This document shows positions 14,224 to 26,237 of a stretch of DNA of 64,000 nt, piece after piece. Position 1 is the stretch's first letter. The number at the start of each line of letters is the position of its first letter. The notes beneath the pieces are model-generated. The model was not told where the DNA came from. It made no database searches and worked only from the letters and a program-made list of their open reading frames with translations. This DNA is from Protoeuglena noctilucae (Eukaryota): positions 124,001 through 188,000 of the forward strand of contig OY253675.1 in assembly GCA_958009085.1 (NCBI GenBank). The letters run 5' to 3'. Both the position numbers and the translations under genes were made by a program.

Positions 14224-14673
14224 GCCGCGTTTCTCCACCACAATGCACTCCCCGCGCAAACACGGCCGCGGGAATCAGGCCGCACACCCTCCGCAGACTT
14301 CAGTCAACGTTCTCAAAGCTTGCCACTTAATGTTAGGAGGGCTGGGTGGGTAGGTACCCTCAGAACCCTACCCGCTGGAGTCAGGCAAAGAAGGGCGGCT
14401 GTGGCGGGGCGAAAGACAGCTTCGGCCAGATAACGGCGTGGAGGGTCTCAGCGCACAAGGGCCGCAACTCCAGGGACCCAAGCAAGTTGGAGCTCGTGTG
14501 GGTGGCGCCGGTGTGGGTTTGCTGCAGTTGTGCCACGGGCTCGATGAAAGGCTTGGCAAGGCACCTGGTGAGGTGCTGTCAGAAGCTGGGGGGGAAAAGC
14601 TGGAAGAGTGTGTGCCCCACAACTTCCTGCCAGCTCCTGCACCCTCACTGAGCCGCCCCTCCCCACACCTGCA

Positions 14674-15420
14674 AGCTAGCTGTAAGCGACGCCTGGAACG
14701 GCGCGGCGTGACGGAGAAACGCATCAGCGGTTGTAATCTGTGCTAAGGATTACATATATCAGTAATGGTGCACGCACGGCGGCAGCACCTACGTGCGTTG
14801 TAAGTCAACGCTGGCAGTCAACGCTGGTAGTCAACGGTCAACGGCGGCGGTGGTCCAGTTTCGCCTATCGCCTCATGCGACGCCTGGAAGCCTTTAAGGA
14901 TGGGAGGCCGAAGGGGGCGTAGCCCCTACGGTCTTCAACCGCCTCCCCCCCTGTGCCCGTCAACAAGCCCGTAAACAAGCCATCACGCCCTGTGCCCGTC
15001 AACAAGCCCGTAAACAAGCCATCACGCCCTACGCCCTCATGCGACGCCTGGAAAGCTGTAAGCGACGCCTGGAACGCCGCAGAATCGAAGGCGGCGCGTC
15101 GGCGGTCGGATTCTTTACTAAGGATTACATATGACAGTAACGGCACGCGCACGGCGGCAGCACCTACGTGCGTTGTAAATCAACGCTGGCAGTCAACGCT
15201 GACGGTGGCCGAAGGCCGTATGGGGCATAGCCCCTCAACGGTCAACGGCGGCGGTCCGGCTTCGCCCTACGCCTCATGCGACGCCTGGAAGCCTTTTAGG
15301 AGGGGAGGCCGAAGGGGGCGTAGCCCCTACGGTCTTCAACCGCCTCCCCCCCTGTGCCCGTCAACAAGCCCGTTAACAAGCCATCACGCAGCGGCTTCGC
15401 CGTATGCTAAAAAAATATTT
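14674..15420 (+). repeat. Orphan, tandemly duplicated PLV terminal-repeat remnant
   Basis: Begins AGCTAGCTG. Shares CGACGCCTGGAACG, GGATTCTTTACTAAGGATTACATAT..AGTAA, GTCAACGG and GCTAAAAAA blocks with the TIR at 27670. Two ~370-bp units plus a 39-bp tandem duplication at ~14949-15027. Confidence 0.8.
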
Positions 15421-15483
15421 CCGCCGCTGCCCCCTTAGTCATATTCATCAGGATGGAGTGGGAACACAGGCTGAAGAATCTTC

Positions 15484-16580
15484 TTACCGGCGCGAGCAGC
15501 TTGGCACATCCCGCACCCATGTGGGCGCTGTGTAGGTGAAGGTGGACCTCGCCGGGTCTCTTGGGTGTAGAAGGGCGTCTTCAACAGGGCGCTTGCAGCG
15601 CGCGAGGACCCGCCCGCCCCGGTACGCCGCCAGAGCGACGAGCTCCTCGGCCATGATGCGCGTCATCTGCGCGAACAGCTGTGCCGGGGACGCGTCCGCC
15701 CCCGCGTCCTTCGTCAGCTGCTGCCGCCTGCGCCAGATGACCTGCACGGTCGCCCCCGCCACGACCGCCCACGTGAGCGGCCCCAACCGCGCGCCGTCCG
15801 GCACGCGCAGCAGGAAGAGGGCCGACGGGCGGAGGGGCGCCCCCTGCGCCCCCCCCCCCTGCCCACGCCACGATGCCCCTCGCCACGCGCCACACCTCCC
15901 GCGCGCGCGAGCACTCCCAGAACGCGTGGGCCGCACTGTTCTTGCCCATGCATGCCTCCCCTGCCTCGTTAGCAGCGGGCACTCGTCCCTCTCCGCCCAG
16001 TACCTACATCCTGTCCTGCGTGGCCCACCCGTCTGCCAGCGTCAGCCTCAGCCGCTCGCGCAGGGCGACCGACAGCGGCAGCCCGTTCATCGCTACCAGC
16101 GCGTGCCTCAACCCCTCTCCCGTGATGTCGTGTCCCTACCCCGGCGCCGGCGCCCACCCCTCCGCCTTCGCAGCTGCACCGGCTCGGGTTAGGCGCGCGG
16201 CGCCCAGCGGGACCTGCCACAGTGGGTTGCGACCCGCGGACCGGTCTGCCCGCCGCCGCAGCGATAGGACAAGCGCCTTGTGGTCCAGCCCGGGCACGAA
16301 GCGCGCCGCCAGCGTCGCCGGGTGCCGGGCCAGCCGGGCGCGCCAGGAAGCGGTCGATGCGTGCCGTTGGCGTCGCTGCCCCCTCCGCCCGCGCCCTGAA
16401 CCACATGGAGGTGTCCCGGCGCAGCCCCAGCTGCACGTGCACGTCCGCCAGCCCCTGCGGCCCCGTCACGTTGTCCGTCCAGTGGATGACCTTGGCCAGG
16501 TCGTCGTGGCAGCGCCGGGACGCCCGCTCGAGCGGGTGACCCGACGTAGAGTTGAAGTCTCCGACAACGATCGTCTCCAT
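15484..16580 (-). pseudogene. Internally deleted LINE (family B): APE fragment joined to C-terminal Zn-finger region
   Basis: IVVGDFNS..TARIDRFL (APE) runs directly into ..AHAFWECSRAREVW..IWRRRQ. No RT domain. ~15520-16170 matches ~26340-26990 inverted. Confidence 0.8.
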
Positions 16581-16734
16581 GTGCTGATGATGTGCAGTTC
16601 AGCAGTGAGAGGTACTGAGGCCTGTCAGGGCCCAGCCACCAGGTTAGCTCAGTGACAGTGCAGTGCATTGGGCAGAAGACCTGCCCCTGCTTAGCCTCCC
16701 CACCATCATTACAGAGCGATCCTTTTATTTCCGG

Positions 16735-19700
16735 ATGATGATGAGCGATTCAACAGTCGAGGGGTGCTATGACTCTCAGAGCCACGCCTGGCGGCAGAAG
16801 TGCCGTCCCCCGGGGCAGCTGACACCCCGGGGTTTCCATCGTTGCAGTGCATATGGCACGGGGCCCGCCCCCGCTAGGTTGCCCCACCCCAAGGCACAGG
16901 GGTCGCCCGCCCCGGGCTCTGGCACCCCTAGCCCCCTCGCTGCGCCCGAAGGCACGATCGCCACCCCAGAGTGGGACGATGCAGCCGCGGGGGCCCTCCG
17001 TGGAGACCCCCGGGCGTCTATTACAAAAGGTGAGGCCGAGGCTAATGACGATCTGTGTAGCTTATGTGCGCCCAATCATGACATCCCCCGCTCCCTACCC
17101 TCCTCCCATCCTCCTCAGGCGGCCCGGCTGGCTCGCCCACCCGGCCACGCTGGCCCGGACGCGAGGGCGGTGGGGGCGGTCCGAACGCAGACGGCGTTCC
17201 TTGGGGGGCGCAGCGTTGCCCCTGGGCGCCCCGCGTCGCCCGCGGTGCGCCCCGGAGGACCGGCCGCCTCTCATGTGGACCGCCCCAGACCGCCCCGCTC
17301 CGGGTGCGTGCGCCGGCACGACCCACTCGGCCGTGTGCCCAGAGACCCACGACGCGACCCCGCTCCTCGCTCCCGCACGTCGACCTTGGCCCTTGGCCCG
17401 TCCTCTCCCGCGTCCGTCGGCCTGGGCCCGTCCCTCAACTCCTCGCCCCCACACGCCCAGATGACCTTTGCCCATCACGCTGACGACCTTGGCCCATCGT
17501 TTTGACGACCTTGGCCTATCACGCTGACGACCTTGGCCGAATGCGCTGACGACCTTCAACCGACGCTGTGGCAACCCTGGCCCTCTAACGCTGACGACCT
17601 TGGCCCACCTCCCGCTCCGCGCACCCGCGCGCCCTGATAACCGTGGCCTGCCTCGCGCCCCCGTCGCCCCCCAAAACACCCGACACCCCTGTGTCGCCCA
17701 GCCCATGCCCACCCACACCATTCGATGCCCCTTGTGTTACTCTCGCCGCCGCCGCTCGCTCTTGTCGCGCTGCCATCGCGCCCGCCCCCAAAAGCCCGCT
17801 GCCCTGCTGTGTGTCGTGCGAGGGGTCGCCCCCGCCAGCGCCACCATGCCGGGCGCCAGCACCCCTCGCCTTCCGTTGCTCTCCTGCAGGGCCTCCTCAG
17901 CAGACTCCCAAAGACAGGCCCTCCGGCCCCGCTTGCGCTCCCACTCTCCCCGCCTCGTCGCAGCCACACCGCTCTCTGATCCTGTGGCGCCTGGTCCGTT
18001 CTGCGCCACTGCCGGGTGTTCCCACGACATCCCCGGCGTTCCACCCCACGGGCGCCACGTCTCTCTGCCACTGCCTGAGCCCCTCGACCCGTTGCTCCCA
18101 GCTCTGCCCCGACGTTTGTCCCCCGTCGCACCCTTTGCCAGCCCCCCCCGGCGGGGCTGGTCTCTCACGTTGGCTGGAGCACAGGCGACGCGCTGGCGAC
18201 CCCCGCGCGGACCCGCCCGACCAGCGCCAGAGCCCCTGAAGGACCACGGGCGGGGAGGCCACGCGGCACGCGCAGTACCGTGGGTGTGCGGGGCGCGCCG
18301 CGAGGGCGACGGAGCAGACGCCCCACGGGTGAGCGCTGGCGGCTGTGGGACACCAAGGGCCTGCGAGGCATGGCTGCAGAGGGCTGGGGGTGAGGCAAGG
18401 GTGCGTGTGCGCGTCCGTCCAGGTCTGCGGTCAGGAAGAGGTGACGGTGTGCGTGACGGAGGATGAGTGCTGGTGTGGGTCCAGACCTGCGGCTGGCAAA
18501 GAGGGTGGTCGTGGGAGGATGCGAGGAGGTCTGTGCGTGATTGGGGGAGGTCAGGAGGTGCAGATGCTGTGCTGGATCAGTGTGTGGTGCTTGGTGCGTG
18601 GGGAGTGATCCGCTGAGGGGTGCGTGTGCTCACCTGGGCATTAGCTGTGAGAGGGTGCTGAGCCTTACCTGTGCAGCTAGGGGGGGAGTGCGTGGGGCAG
18701 GAGGGCTTGCGGAATGGGCGAGTCTGGTTGGGCGTGTGAGGTGAGGTGTGTGGGGGGGCGTGGTCCGTGAGAAGGGTGTGGCGTGGGGCTGGCAGGAGGA
18801 GGGGTGGGAGATGATGCGTGCTGAGCAGGAAGGTGGTTTATGTGGGGGTCCATGTGGAAGAGGAGAGGGGATTGAGAGGTGAACGTGTGTATGTCAGTGG
18901 TGATGCGCGGTGAGTGGGCAAGAGTGGTGCTGAGCAGCGAGATCGTGACAGGAGTGACGAGGGTGCGTGCAGAGAGTTAGAGGGCGTGTGTGGTCTGGTT
19001 GGAAGAGGCATCTCCCTGTTAGCTGCGGGCATGGACGGGGAGGCGTGGCATGCAGAGTAGTGCTACTGGGGCAGGGTGCGTGTGCAGTGAGATGTGGGGG
19101 TTGGAAAGTGTGCGTCATAGGAAGGCAGTGGGCTGGCTTAGGGACCTGGTGGGAGCAATGCGGTCGGGTGGATGTGGGAGTAATGCGGATTGGGGTGGGG
19201 TGGCATGGCCGGCTGCGGGGCAGGTGAGGAGAAGGCGTGTGGGTAAAGCTGTCGAGTGTGCGTCCGAGAACCTGCGAAGCATGTGAAGGATGGAGTGTGT
19301 AAGCCAAGAAGCCCTTGGTGTCCCGCGCGCCGGCACCCTCCATGTGAGACGCCCACCCCTGCCACCACAGCGCACCCCTCGCCCCTGCGGCTGCGCGCGC
19401 ATCGCGTGGATCCCCCACCCGCGGCCCTCTCAGGCTCCGGCTTCGGCCAGGCAGCCAAGGGGGTCGCCGATGGCGTCGCCGCGCGGTGCGCCAGCCCATA
19501 TCATCCTGGGTGCAGGGGAGCTTGTTTAAGCCGGCAGTCGGGCTCTCCCATTAATGCTCAGTGTGGCCGTGGTCGCCCCAGAGGACCGGGCGCCGACGCC
19601 GGATCGAGCAGCCCGAAGGCCACCCGTCCGACGCCGCCGTCCCCGCCCAAATGTTGGTGGGGTGATGGCGTGCTGCGAATGATGAGGGCCCCTCAGGGCA

Positions 19701-19825
19701 GTAGCGGTTCGACGGCTGCCCATGTGGGCGCTGTGTAGGTGAAGGTGGACCTCGCCGGGTCCCTTGGGTGTAGAAGGGCGTCGTCTGGGTGCGTGCAGCG
19801 CGCGAGGGCCCGCCCGCCCCGGTAC
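16735..19825 (-). mobile_element. 5'-truncated LINE family B copy (ORF end + ~3-kb 3' region, (CAT)n tail); contains the empty PLV target site
   Basis: Near-identical inverted copy of 26886-27669 joined to 46952-49258. Confidence 0.8.
17460..17607. repeat. Short tandem repeats of GCTGACGACCTTGGCC-like units (inverted copy at ~48387-48533)
   Basis: About 6 degenerate TGACGACCTT units, irregularly spaced. Confidence 0.8.
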
Positions 19826-19949
19826 TTGCTGTTGAAGTGCCCGTCGTCGACTCCGTCTCCCTGGCTCCCCCAGCTTCCTGACACCGCCCTTACTGACCCC
19901 GACTAAAATTTTATATAGTTTATTTTCCCCGTAATGTAGGAAGAATATC

Positions 19950-20022
19950 GGGGAAATAGCTCATCCGGTAGAGCGCCCGCTTAGCATGCGGGAGGTGGGG
20001 GGTTCGAGTCCCTCTTTCTCCA
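19950..20022 (+). tRNA. tRNA-Ala (AGC)
   Basis: 73-nt cloverleaf, GGGGAAA/TTTCTCC acceptor stem with G3:U70, loop TTAGCAT, GGTTCGAGT T-arm, downstream T-run terminator. Confidence 0.95.
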
Positions 20023-20076
20023 ACCCTTTTTTACCCTGCTGGCGGGGGGTGAGTTGGGTAAGCGGGAGAAAAAGGG

Positions 20077-20149
20077 TGGACCCGAGGAGAATCGAACTCC
20101 TGACCTCCCGCATGCGAAGCGGGCGCTCTACCAATTGAGCTACGAGCCC
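20077..20149 (-). tRNA. tRNA-Ala (CGC)
   Basis: Reverse complement GGGCTCGTAGCTCAATTGGTAGAGCG..TTCGCAT..GTTCGATT..CGGGTCCA, G3:U70, T5 terminator. Convergent with the other tRNA. Confidence 0.95.
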
Positions 20150-20201
20150 CTTCTGATCCTGCTATATGTGAAAATTACAGTATATAAACCAAAACCAGAG
20201 T

Positions 20202-20432
20202 CGCCCCGAACATCCGTGTCAGAGTTTTGCGGCCCTCCCCTCCGCGCGCTCCCCTGCACGGCCCCCGAGCCCCCATCCTTTTCGAAGCAAACTGGCATCA
20301 CCCCCGAGGTCCAGGAGACCCCCCAGTGGCTCGGCGCTCTGGGCGCGCCTGCTGAAGAGGCCCTGCAGAAGAGCAACGGATGGCGAGGGGTGCTGGCGCC
20401 CGGCATGGTGGCGCTGGCGGGGGCGACCCCTC
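20202..20432 (+). repeat. ~230-bp dispersed repeat (inverted copy at ~52450-52686; 3' part also in the LINE-B 3' region at ~48093-48175)
   Basis: Direct sequence matches. Confidence 0.75.
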
Positions 20433-23400
20433 GTTTGCGCGCCGGCGGCTAGTTTGCGCCGGCTAGTTTGCGCGCCGGCGGCCTCCCCACCCAGAACAAA
20501 GCGAACAAAGCGATATACCTAGAGAACCAGCGCCCTCCCGGCCGTCGTCCGGCTCGTCCGGGCGGCCGATTCGGCGCGCTCTTCCCTCCGCATTTTTAAC
20601 CGCAGACCGACGCGCACGCGGACGCCGGAGCCCGGAGCAAGCTCGCCCAGCCCAAGACGGACTCGCCCCCCGCCCCGACGCCACAAGCCCCCCGGAGCCT
20701 CGCCCGAGCACACGAGCGGCCTCTTTGTGCCCTCGATCGAGTATAGCCGCTCCGCGCCGCGCTCCCGCGCCCCCAGCGGGCGCACCCCGGCCCCTTCCTG
20801 ACCGTTGTTAGCGCACCACGTCGCCCGGGCTGCGCGTCGTGACGCTCAACGTCCGCGGCCTGGGCGACGGAACCTCCTCCAAGACCCACTTGATCCACAG
20901 GTTCCTGGCCCGCAAGCGGGCGGACATCGCCGTCCTCACGGAGGTTCAGGGCCGCGACGCTGCCAAGCTTTCCGACGCCTTCTCGTCCTACAAGAGCTTC
21001 TGGAACCTCGGCGCCCACGCGGGCGTGGGTCTCCTCTTCCTCAAGAACGGCTCTGCGGCGAATCCCGTCGCCGTGCCGCCCAGGGAGTCCACCGCCCACG
21101 ATGACCAGCTGGCCGCCTTGTCTGGCCGCGCTCTGCGCGCCAATTTCGCTTGGAATGGCCTGCCGCTGAGCCTGATCGGTGTATATGCTCCTGCTTCTGC
21201 CTCTGTCGGCGACACGCAGCGCTTCGCGGCGGGGATCCGCCGCTTCCTCCTCCCTGCCAAGCTCGGTGCCCGCCAACTCCTCCTCGCAGGCGATTTCAAC
21301 ACGACGACGGGCCTGCCGGACGAGCGCCTGTCCAAGAGCTACAAGAAGGACCTCCAGCGCCACGAGGCGTGGGTCCACCACGTCCTCGGCCCCGCGGGCC
21401 TCGAGGACGTCCACCTCAAGATCTTCCCGGCCAGGCCGGCCGCCTTCACCTGGTTTGGTCCCCCGTGGCTGGCTCTGTTGCTGCTGCGCGCATTGACCGT
21501 GTGCACGCCAGCGCGCCCCTGCTCGCCAAGACGCACCCCGTGGTGCGCCACGTGGCGCCTGGGGTCCCCCGCCTGGACCACCTGGCCGTGGTCCTCACCC
21601 TCACGGCGGGTGACCCTGAGCGCGCCCGTGCGCGGCGCCGGCCGCACCCTGTAGCTCAAGCGCGCCCTGCCTTCCCGCTCACGGCTGCCAATGACGCCCC
21701 CTCCGCCCCCGTCGTTGCGCTGCGAGCCACTGCCGCGTCCCTCCGCCCCCTCTTCCTGCAGGACCCCATCCACGCTGGGCGCACCCTGGCCGCCAAAACC
21801 CGCTCCCTCTCCGCCGCCCACCGCAGGGAAGAGAACCGTGCTGTGGCACGGGCCCAATCCGCAGTGAAGGCGGCCCAGGGGCGCTTGGATGCGAGCCCCA
21901 CGGGCAGCAACGCTGACGCGGTGGTCCAGGCCTCCGCTGAACTGGCTGCTGCCCACGCCTCCCGGCTGCAGGCGGAGCAGCTGCAGCAGCGCCGCGCGGT
22001 TCGCCTGGAGGGCGAGCGCCCGTGCCGTGCCATCACAGAGCGCGTTCGCCCCCGTCAGCCTGCTGAAGCAATCGTGGTGCTCCGCTCCCCGCAGGGCAAG
22101 ACGCTCCACGGTCGCGAGGCCAAGGAGTTCATGCGGACGCAGTGGGCCGGCCTCTACAAGGCCGTGCCCCGCGACCCTGCATTTGTGGCAAAGTTCCTTT
22201 CTGAGTCGCAGGGTGCCCCCGCCCAGCTCCCTGACTCGGCCATCACCGCGCTCACGGCCCCTGTCCTGCCCGCAGAGGCCCGTGAGGCGATTATGGGCCT
22301 CCCGGCCCACAGCGTAGGCGGGCTTGATGGTGTCCCCCCCTCGCTCTTGCGTGCAGTCGCGGATGAGGCGGCGCTTGTCGTGGCTGATGTTGCCAACCGT
22401 CTTCTCGAGGGCCACCCTGTTCCCGCTGGGTTCTCGGACGCAGCCATCCGGCTGCTGCATAAGGGGGGGTCCAGAGCTGACTGGACTAACTACCGACCCA
22501 TCGCCCTCCTCACCTCCCTTCGCAGGGCGGTGGCCAAGGTCCTTGGCAATCGCCTCCTCCGCAAGGAGGGGGACGATGCCAGCGTCATGGAGCGCCTGGT
22601 CCACGGGGACCAGGCGGCCTCCGTCCCGGGCCGCGATATCATTGCTAATATCGCCACGCTGCAGCTCCTTGACGAGACCCTGACCCTCGAGAACCGTCCC
22701 GCCCACGCAGTGTTCCTCGACATCAAGAAGGCCTTCGATTCATTGGACCATGACTACCTCCAAGCCGTCCTCACCCATGCGGGCCTGCCCGCCCCCTTCG
22801 TGGGGGCGGCAATGGCCCTCCAGGTGGAGTCGAAGGCTGTACTTGCCTTCGAGAGCGGCTGCTCCCGGCCCTTTTCTATAGAGCGTGGGGTGAAACGGGG
22901 ATGCCCCTTAAGTCCCCTCCTGTTCGTCGTTGCCATAGAGCCGCTGGCTTGTCACCTTCGGTCCCTCGCCGCATCCGAGCCGCGGGCGCTCGGTGTTTCT
23001 CTTCCCCCGGGGTCGTTCGGCAGCCTTCCCCCGCAGGATCTGGCATCGCACTTCTTTGCAGACGACGCGGGTGCCCTGACCGCAGACCTGCCCGCAGCAT
23101 GGGAAGCGCTGTCGGCGACCCTGGAGGACTTTGCCGCGGCCTCTGGCCTCGAGGTCAATGCAGCCAAGACGGCAGTCTACCGGCTTGGCAGGGGCGACCA
23201 CGCCTCATTGGAGGCAGCAGCGGTGGCACGGGGCTGCCGCTGGTCCATGCCCACGGGGTTGGGCGTGGGCGTGCGTTACCTGGGTGCCCACACCCGCGAT
23301 GCCCTGCACCAGGCCTGGACACGCACGCAGGGCGTGATGATCCAGCGTGGCACCGCCATCGCAGGGTTGCATCTGTCCATCCAGGGGAGGGCGGGGGCGG

Positions 23401-26237
23401 CCAGTGCTTATGTGGCAAGCACGGCGAGTTATCTACTCGAGACGTCCCCCGCCCCCGCCTCTATGGACCAAGAGGCGGAGAAGCTTGTCAACACCCTGGT
23501 GCAGGGCAACCGCGCGGCTGGCTCCCTGTGGCGTCGCACGGCTGACTGCATGGTCTTTGGCCCGCGCGCTGAGGGTGGGCTGGGGGCGACCCGGCCCACC
23601 GTGCATGTCCCAGCGCGCCGCATGCGCACTTTGGCAAAGATCCTCACGGGCGCGCCGGGCTTTGGCCCGGCTCGCCACATGCTGGACCGGGCCCTGACGG
23701 TCCTGGGCGGCCCTGGCGTGGCATGGCTCGCCCGGGACTCCAGGTTGCCCAGCTCTGCGGGTGCTGCCTTGGCTGCTCGCGTCCCTGGTCCCTCCTACCT
23801 TGGGGCGCTTTTGGCGGCCCCTGCCGCGCTCGGCTCCCTTGTGGCCCTCGCCCCGGCTCGCTCCCCTGTCCCTGAGCCCCAACCTGCTGCCCAGTTGCCT
23901 TCCCTGGAGATCCCATTCTCCCTCCTTACCGACGCAGGCTCCTCGGACTTGCTGGTCGACGCTGCCACTGGGCTGCCTCTCCCTGATGGCTCGTTCCCGC
24001 CGCAGGCTCGGAAGATGGCCAAGGTTCGTCTGGGGTGTGTGGGTCACCTCCTTCGTGTGCGAACCGCGGCCGCAGGGCTCAAGATGGCCTGGGGCTCCCC
24101 GGGCGCCGTGGCCTCGGAGGTGCTGGAGGCGTCGTGGTGCGGGCGGCTGTGGGGCACGCGCTGGGAGCGGCTGCTGGACCTTCGCTTGGGCGACACGACG
24201 TCGGCCAAGGACCCCGTCAAGAAGGTTATAATCCAGGTTTGCAAGGCGCTTGAGGGGCTGGGCGTTGTGGGCGCGCCTGCGCCCCCCCGTGCCAATGCCA
24301 GCCGTGTGGTGCTCGAGGGCGTGGCTGAGCAGCTCGTGGGTATCCTGGTTGCGTGGGACCCTTGGCAGGGCCTGGTTCTGTCCCCTGCGGCCTGCGGCTC
24401 CCTTCCTGCTCACGTCCGCTCCCTTGCCGCAGGCCAGGTCCCCTCCCCCGCAGACCTGGCGAGGGCGGAGCACACGCTGGCGGCTTACTGCGCGCAGCAG
24501 GACTCTCAACTCCTCCCCCGTCCTTCCCGCCCCCAGGCTGCGCCGGTCGCTGTGCACTCCGCCCCCCGCCTGGCCCCCGAGCCCGCGTGGTGGGCGGAGC
24601 TCAACCTGCCCCGTGTCACCCCCTCCACGCAGTGGGTCCTCGAGCCTCATCGGCGCCCCCACGAAGTGCCCGTCCCCCTTCCGCTCCAGCAGTACACGGT
24701 TCGACATGCGGTGGGGGCGGCCTTCGACCGGGCCTCCATCACCTCGCGGCTCGCCCGCAAGGTGGAGCAGTGGTCCCGGGCTGGGGCGCTCGGGGAGGCC
24801 CAGGACGGGCCGGACGGGGTCACGGCGGCGGGCATGCATGCCGCTCTCAAGACCATCAACGCTCTCCCCCTGTCTCCGCAGATGCACGAGGCGCTGTGGC
24901 TGACGCTGGCCGACGCGCGTGCCACCGCATCGCACTGCTACTGGCTCGACCTCACCACGTGCCCCCTCCTCCGCAGGGATGGCGAGCAGTGCTCCCACGA
25001 CGACACGGTCGCCCACGCCTTCTGGGCCTGTGACAGGGCCCAGGAGGTGTGGGAGACGGTCAAGGCGGCCGCGCGAGCCCCGGCCCTCTCGGCGTGGGCG
25101 GTGTTCCACCTGGTCCCCCCTCCCTCCAGCCGTTTCACGCAGTACTCGTGGGCGGTCATCGTGGGCGCGGCTTTCAAGCTCATCTGGAGGCGCCGCCAAG
25201 AGCTTCGGGAGAACTGGCGCTCCCCGTCGACGCCCGCAGGCCTCTATGCCCAGCTTGGCGCCATCGTGGCAGCCGAGGTCCAAGACACTCTGGCTGTAAC
25301 TGGGGCAGGGCGCCTCGCTGCTCTGCTGGGGAAGCGGGGTGACAGGCTCGTCCTCGCCCACGCCGATGGCCGCAGGTTCTCGTGGCGCGGCTTCCCGGCT
25401 GCCGCGTGAGCGGCCGGGAAGGTCCGCATTGCAGGTCCGCGTGGGAGGGCGTCCCAGGGGCAGTGCCAGCAGCTGCAGGTAAGACCCAGGTGAGGCCGCA
25501 ACAGGTGGGGGCTCGCCAGCGTATTCCATGGCGCCATATGCATGCTTTGCTCTGTCCTGGCGCAGCTGTACACCTTCTGCTGGCGGGGGACGTGCTAGGC
25601 TGCCACGGCAAGGTGCGCCCCACCGGGTCTGCTAGATGGCACTCCTGTGATGGTGTGGGTAGCCTGCTCGCGCATGCGCGGGACGTGGTGAGTCTGCACA
25701 TGTTCTTTCGGTGCTTCTTGGACGTGCAGGAGTTCAAGGTCGCCGGTCCTCCAGGGCCCAAAGTCCGGGTTCGGTCTCTAGGGACAGTGGTTATTGCCCG
25801 TCGGCGCTCGTCTCGGGGTGCCCGCAAGGAAACCTCGGGCGGGCGCCGGCGGGCGGGAGCCTAGTAGAGTCGGGAGCAGTAGTCGAGGGTTTCACGTCAT
25901 GTTCGGAGTGCTGTAAAGGCTGCGGCGCCCCCCTCGTGGGACAGAACGGGGGACCCAGGTCCCCGAGATCCGGCTCCCCCAGTCCCTTGGGCGCGCCACT
26001 CCCCTAGCGCACGCGTTCAGGTGGCCTGATGACGCTTCCGCCCCCGGGCCGCTTTGCAAAGCTCCCTCGCACTCTCTGAGTGTGGATCCCTAGGGGCCAG
26101 TGGGGGGGTTCGCCCCCCTGTGCCCGGCACCCGCGGCGGGAAATGACGAGCTCGAGATCGTGGTCCCTCACGGGTCACGGTTGGTGTCCAGAGAAGTGAG
26201 AGGCACCCGCGTCTGGCACCAGGTGCTGACGTGTCGA
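20433..26237 (+). mobile_element. Non-LTR retrotransposon (LINE family A, APE-RT type, L1/Tx1-like)
   Basis: Long APE-RT-Zn-finger frame, followed by a 3' region repeated at 49772-50814. Ends are approximate. Confidence 0.9.
20812..25409 (+). pseudogene. LINE ORF2: AP endonuclease + reverse transcriptase + C-terminal Cys/His motif, frameshift at ~21460
   Basis: APE: TLNVRG, LTE, GVGLL, VYAP, AGDFN, RIDR, DH. RT: YRPIALL, DIKKAFDS, GVKRGCPLSPLLF (Q>R), FADD. C-terminus: CP..C..HAFWAC. No in-frame ATG after the TAG at 20809. Confidence 0.9.

Noticed and set aside
17460..17607. Repeat array resembling CRISPR (also ~48387-48533)
   Set aside because: Units are short and degenerate, spacing is irregular with no unique ~30-nt spacers, there are no cas genes, and the context is a eukaryotic retroelement.
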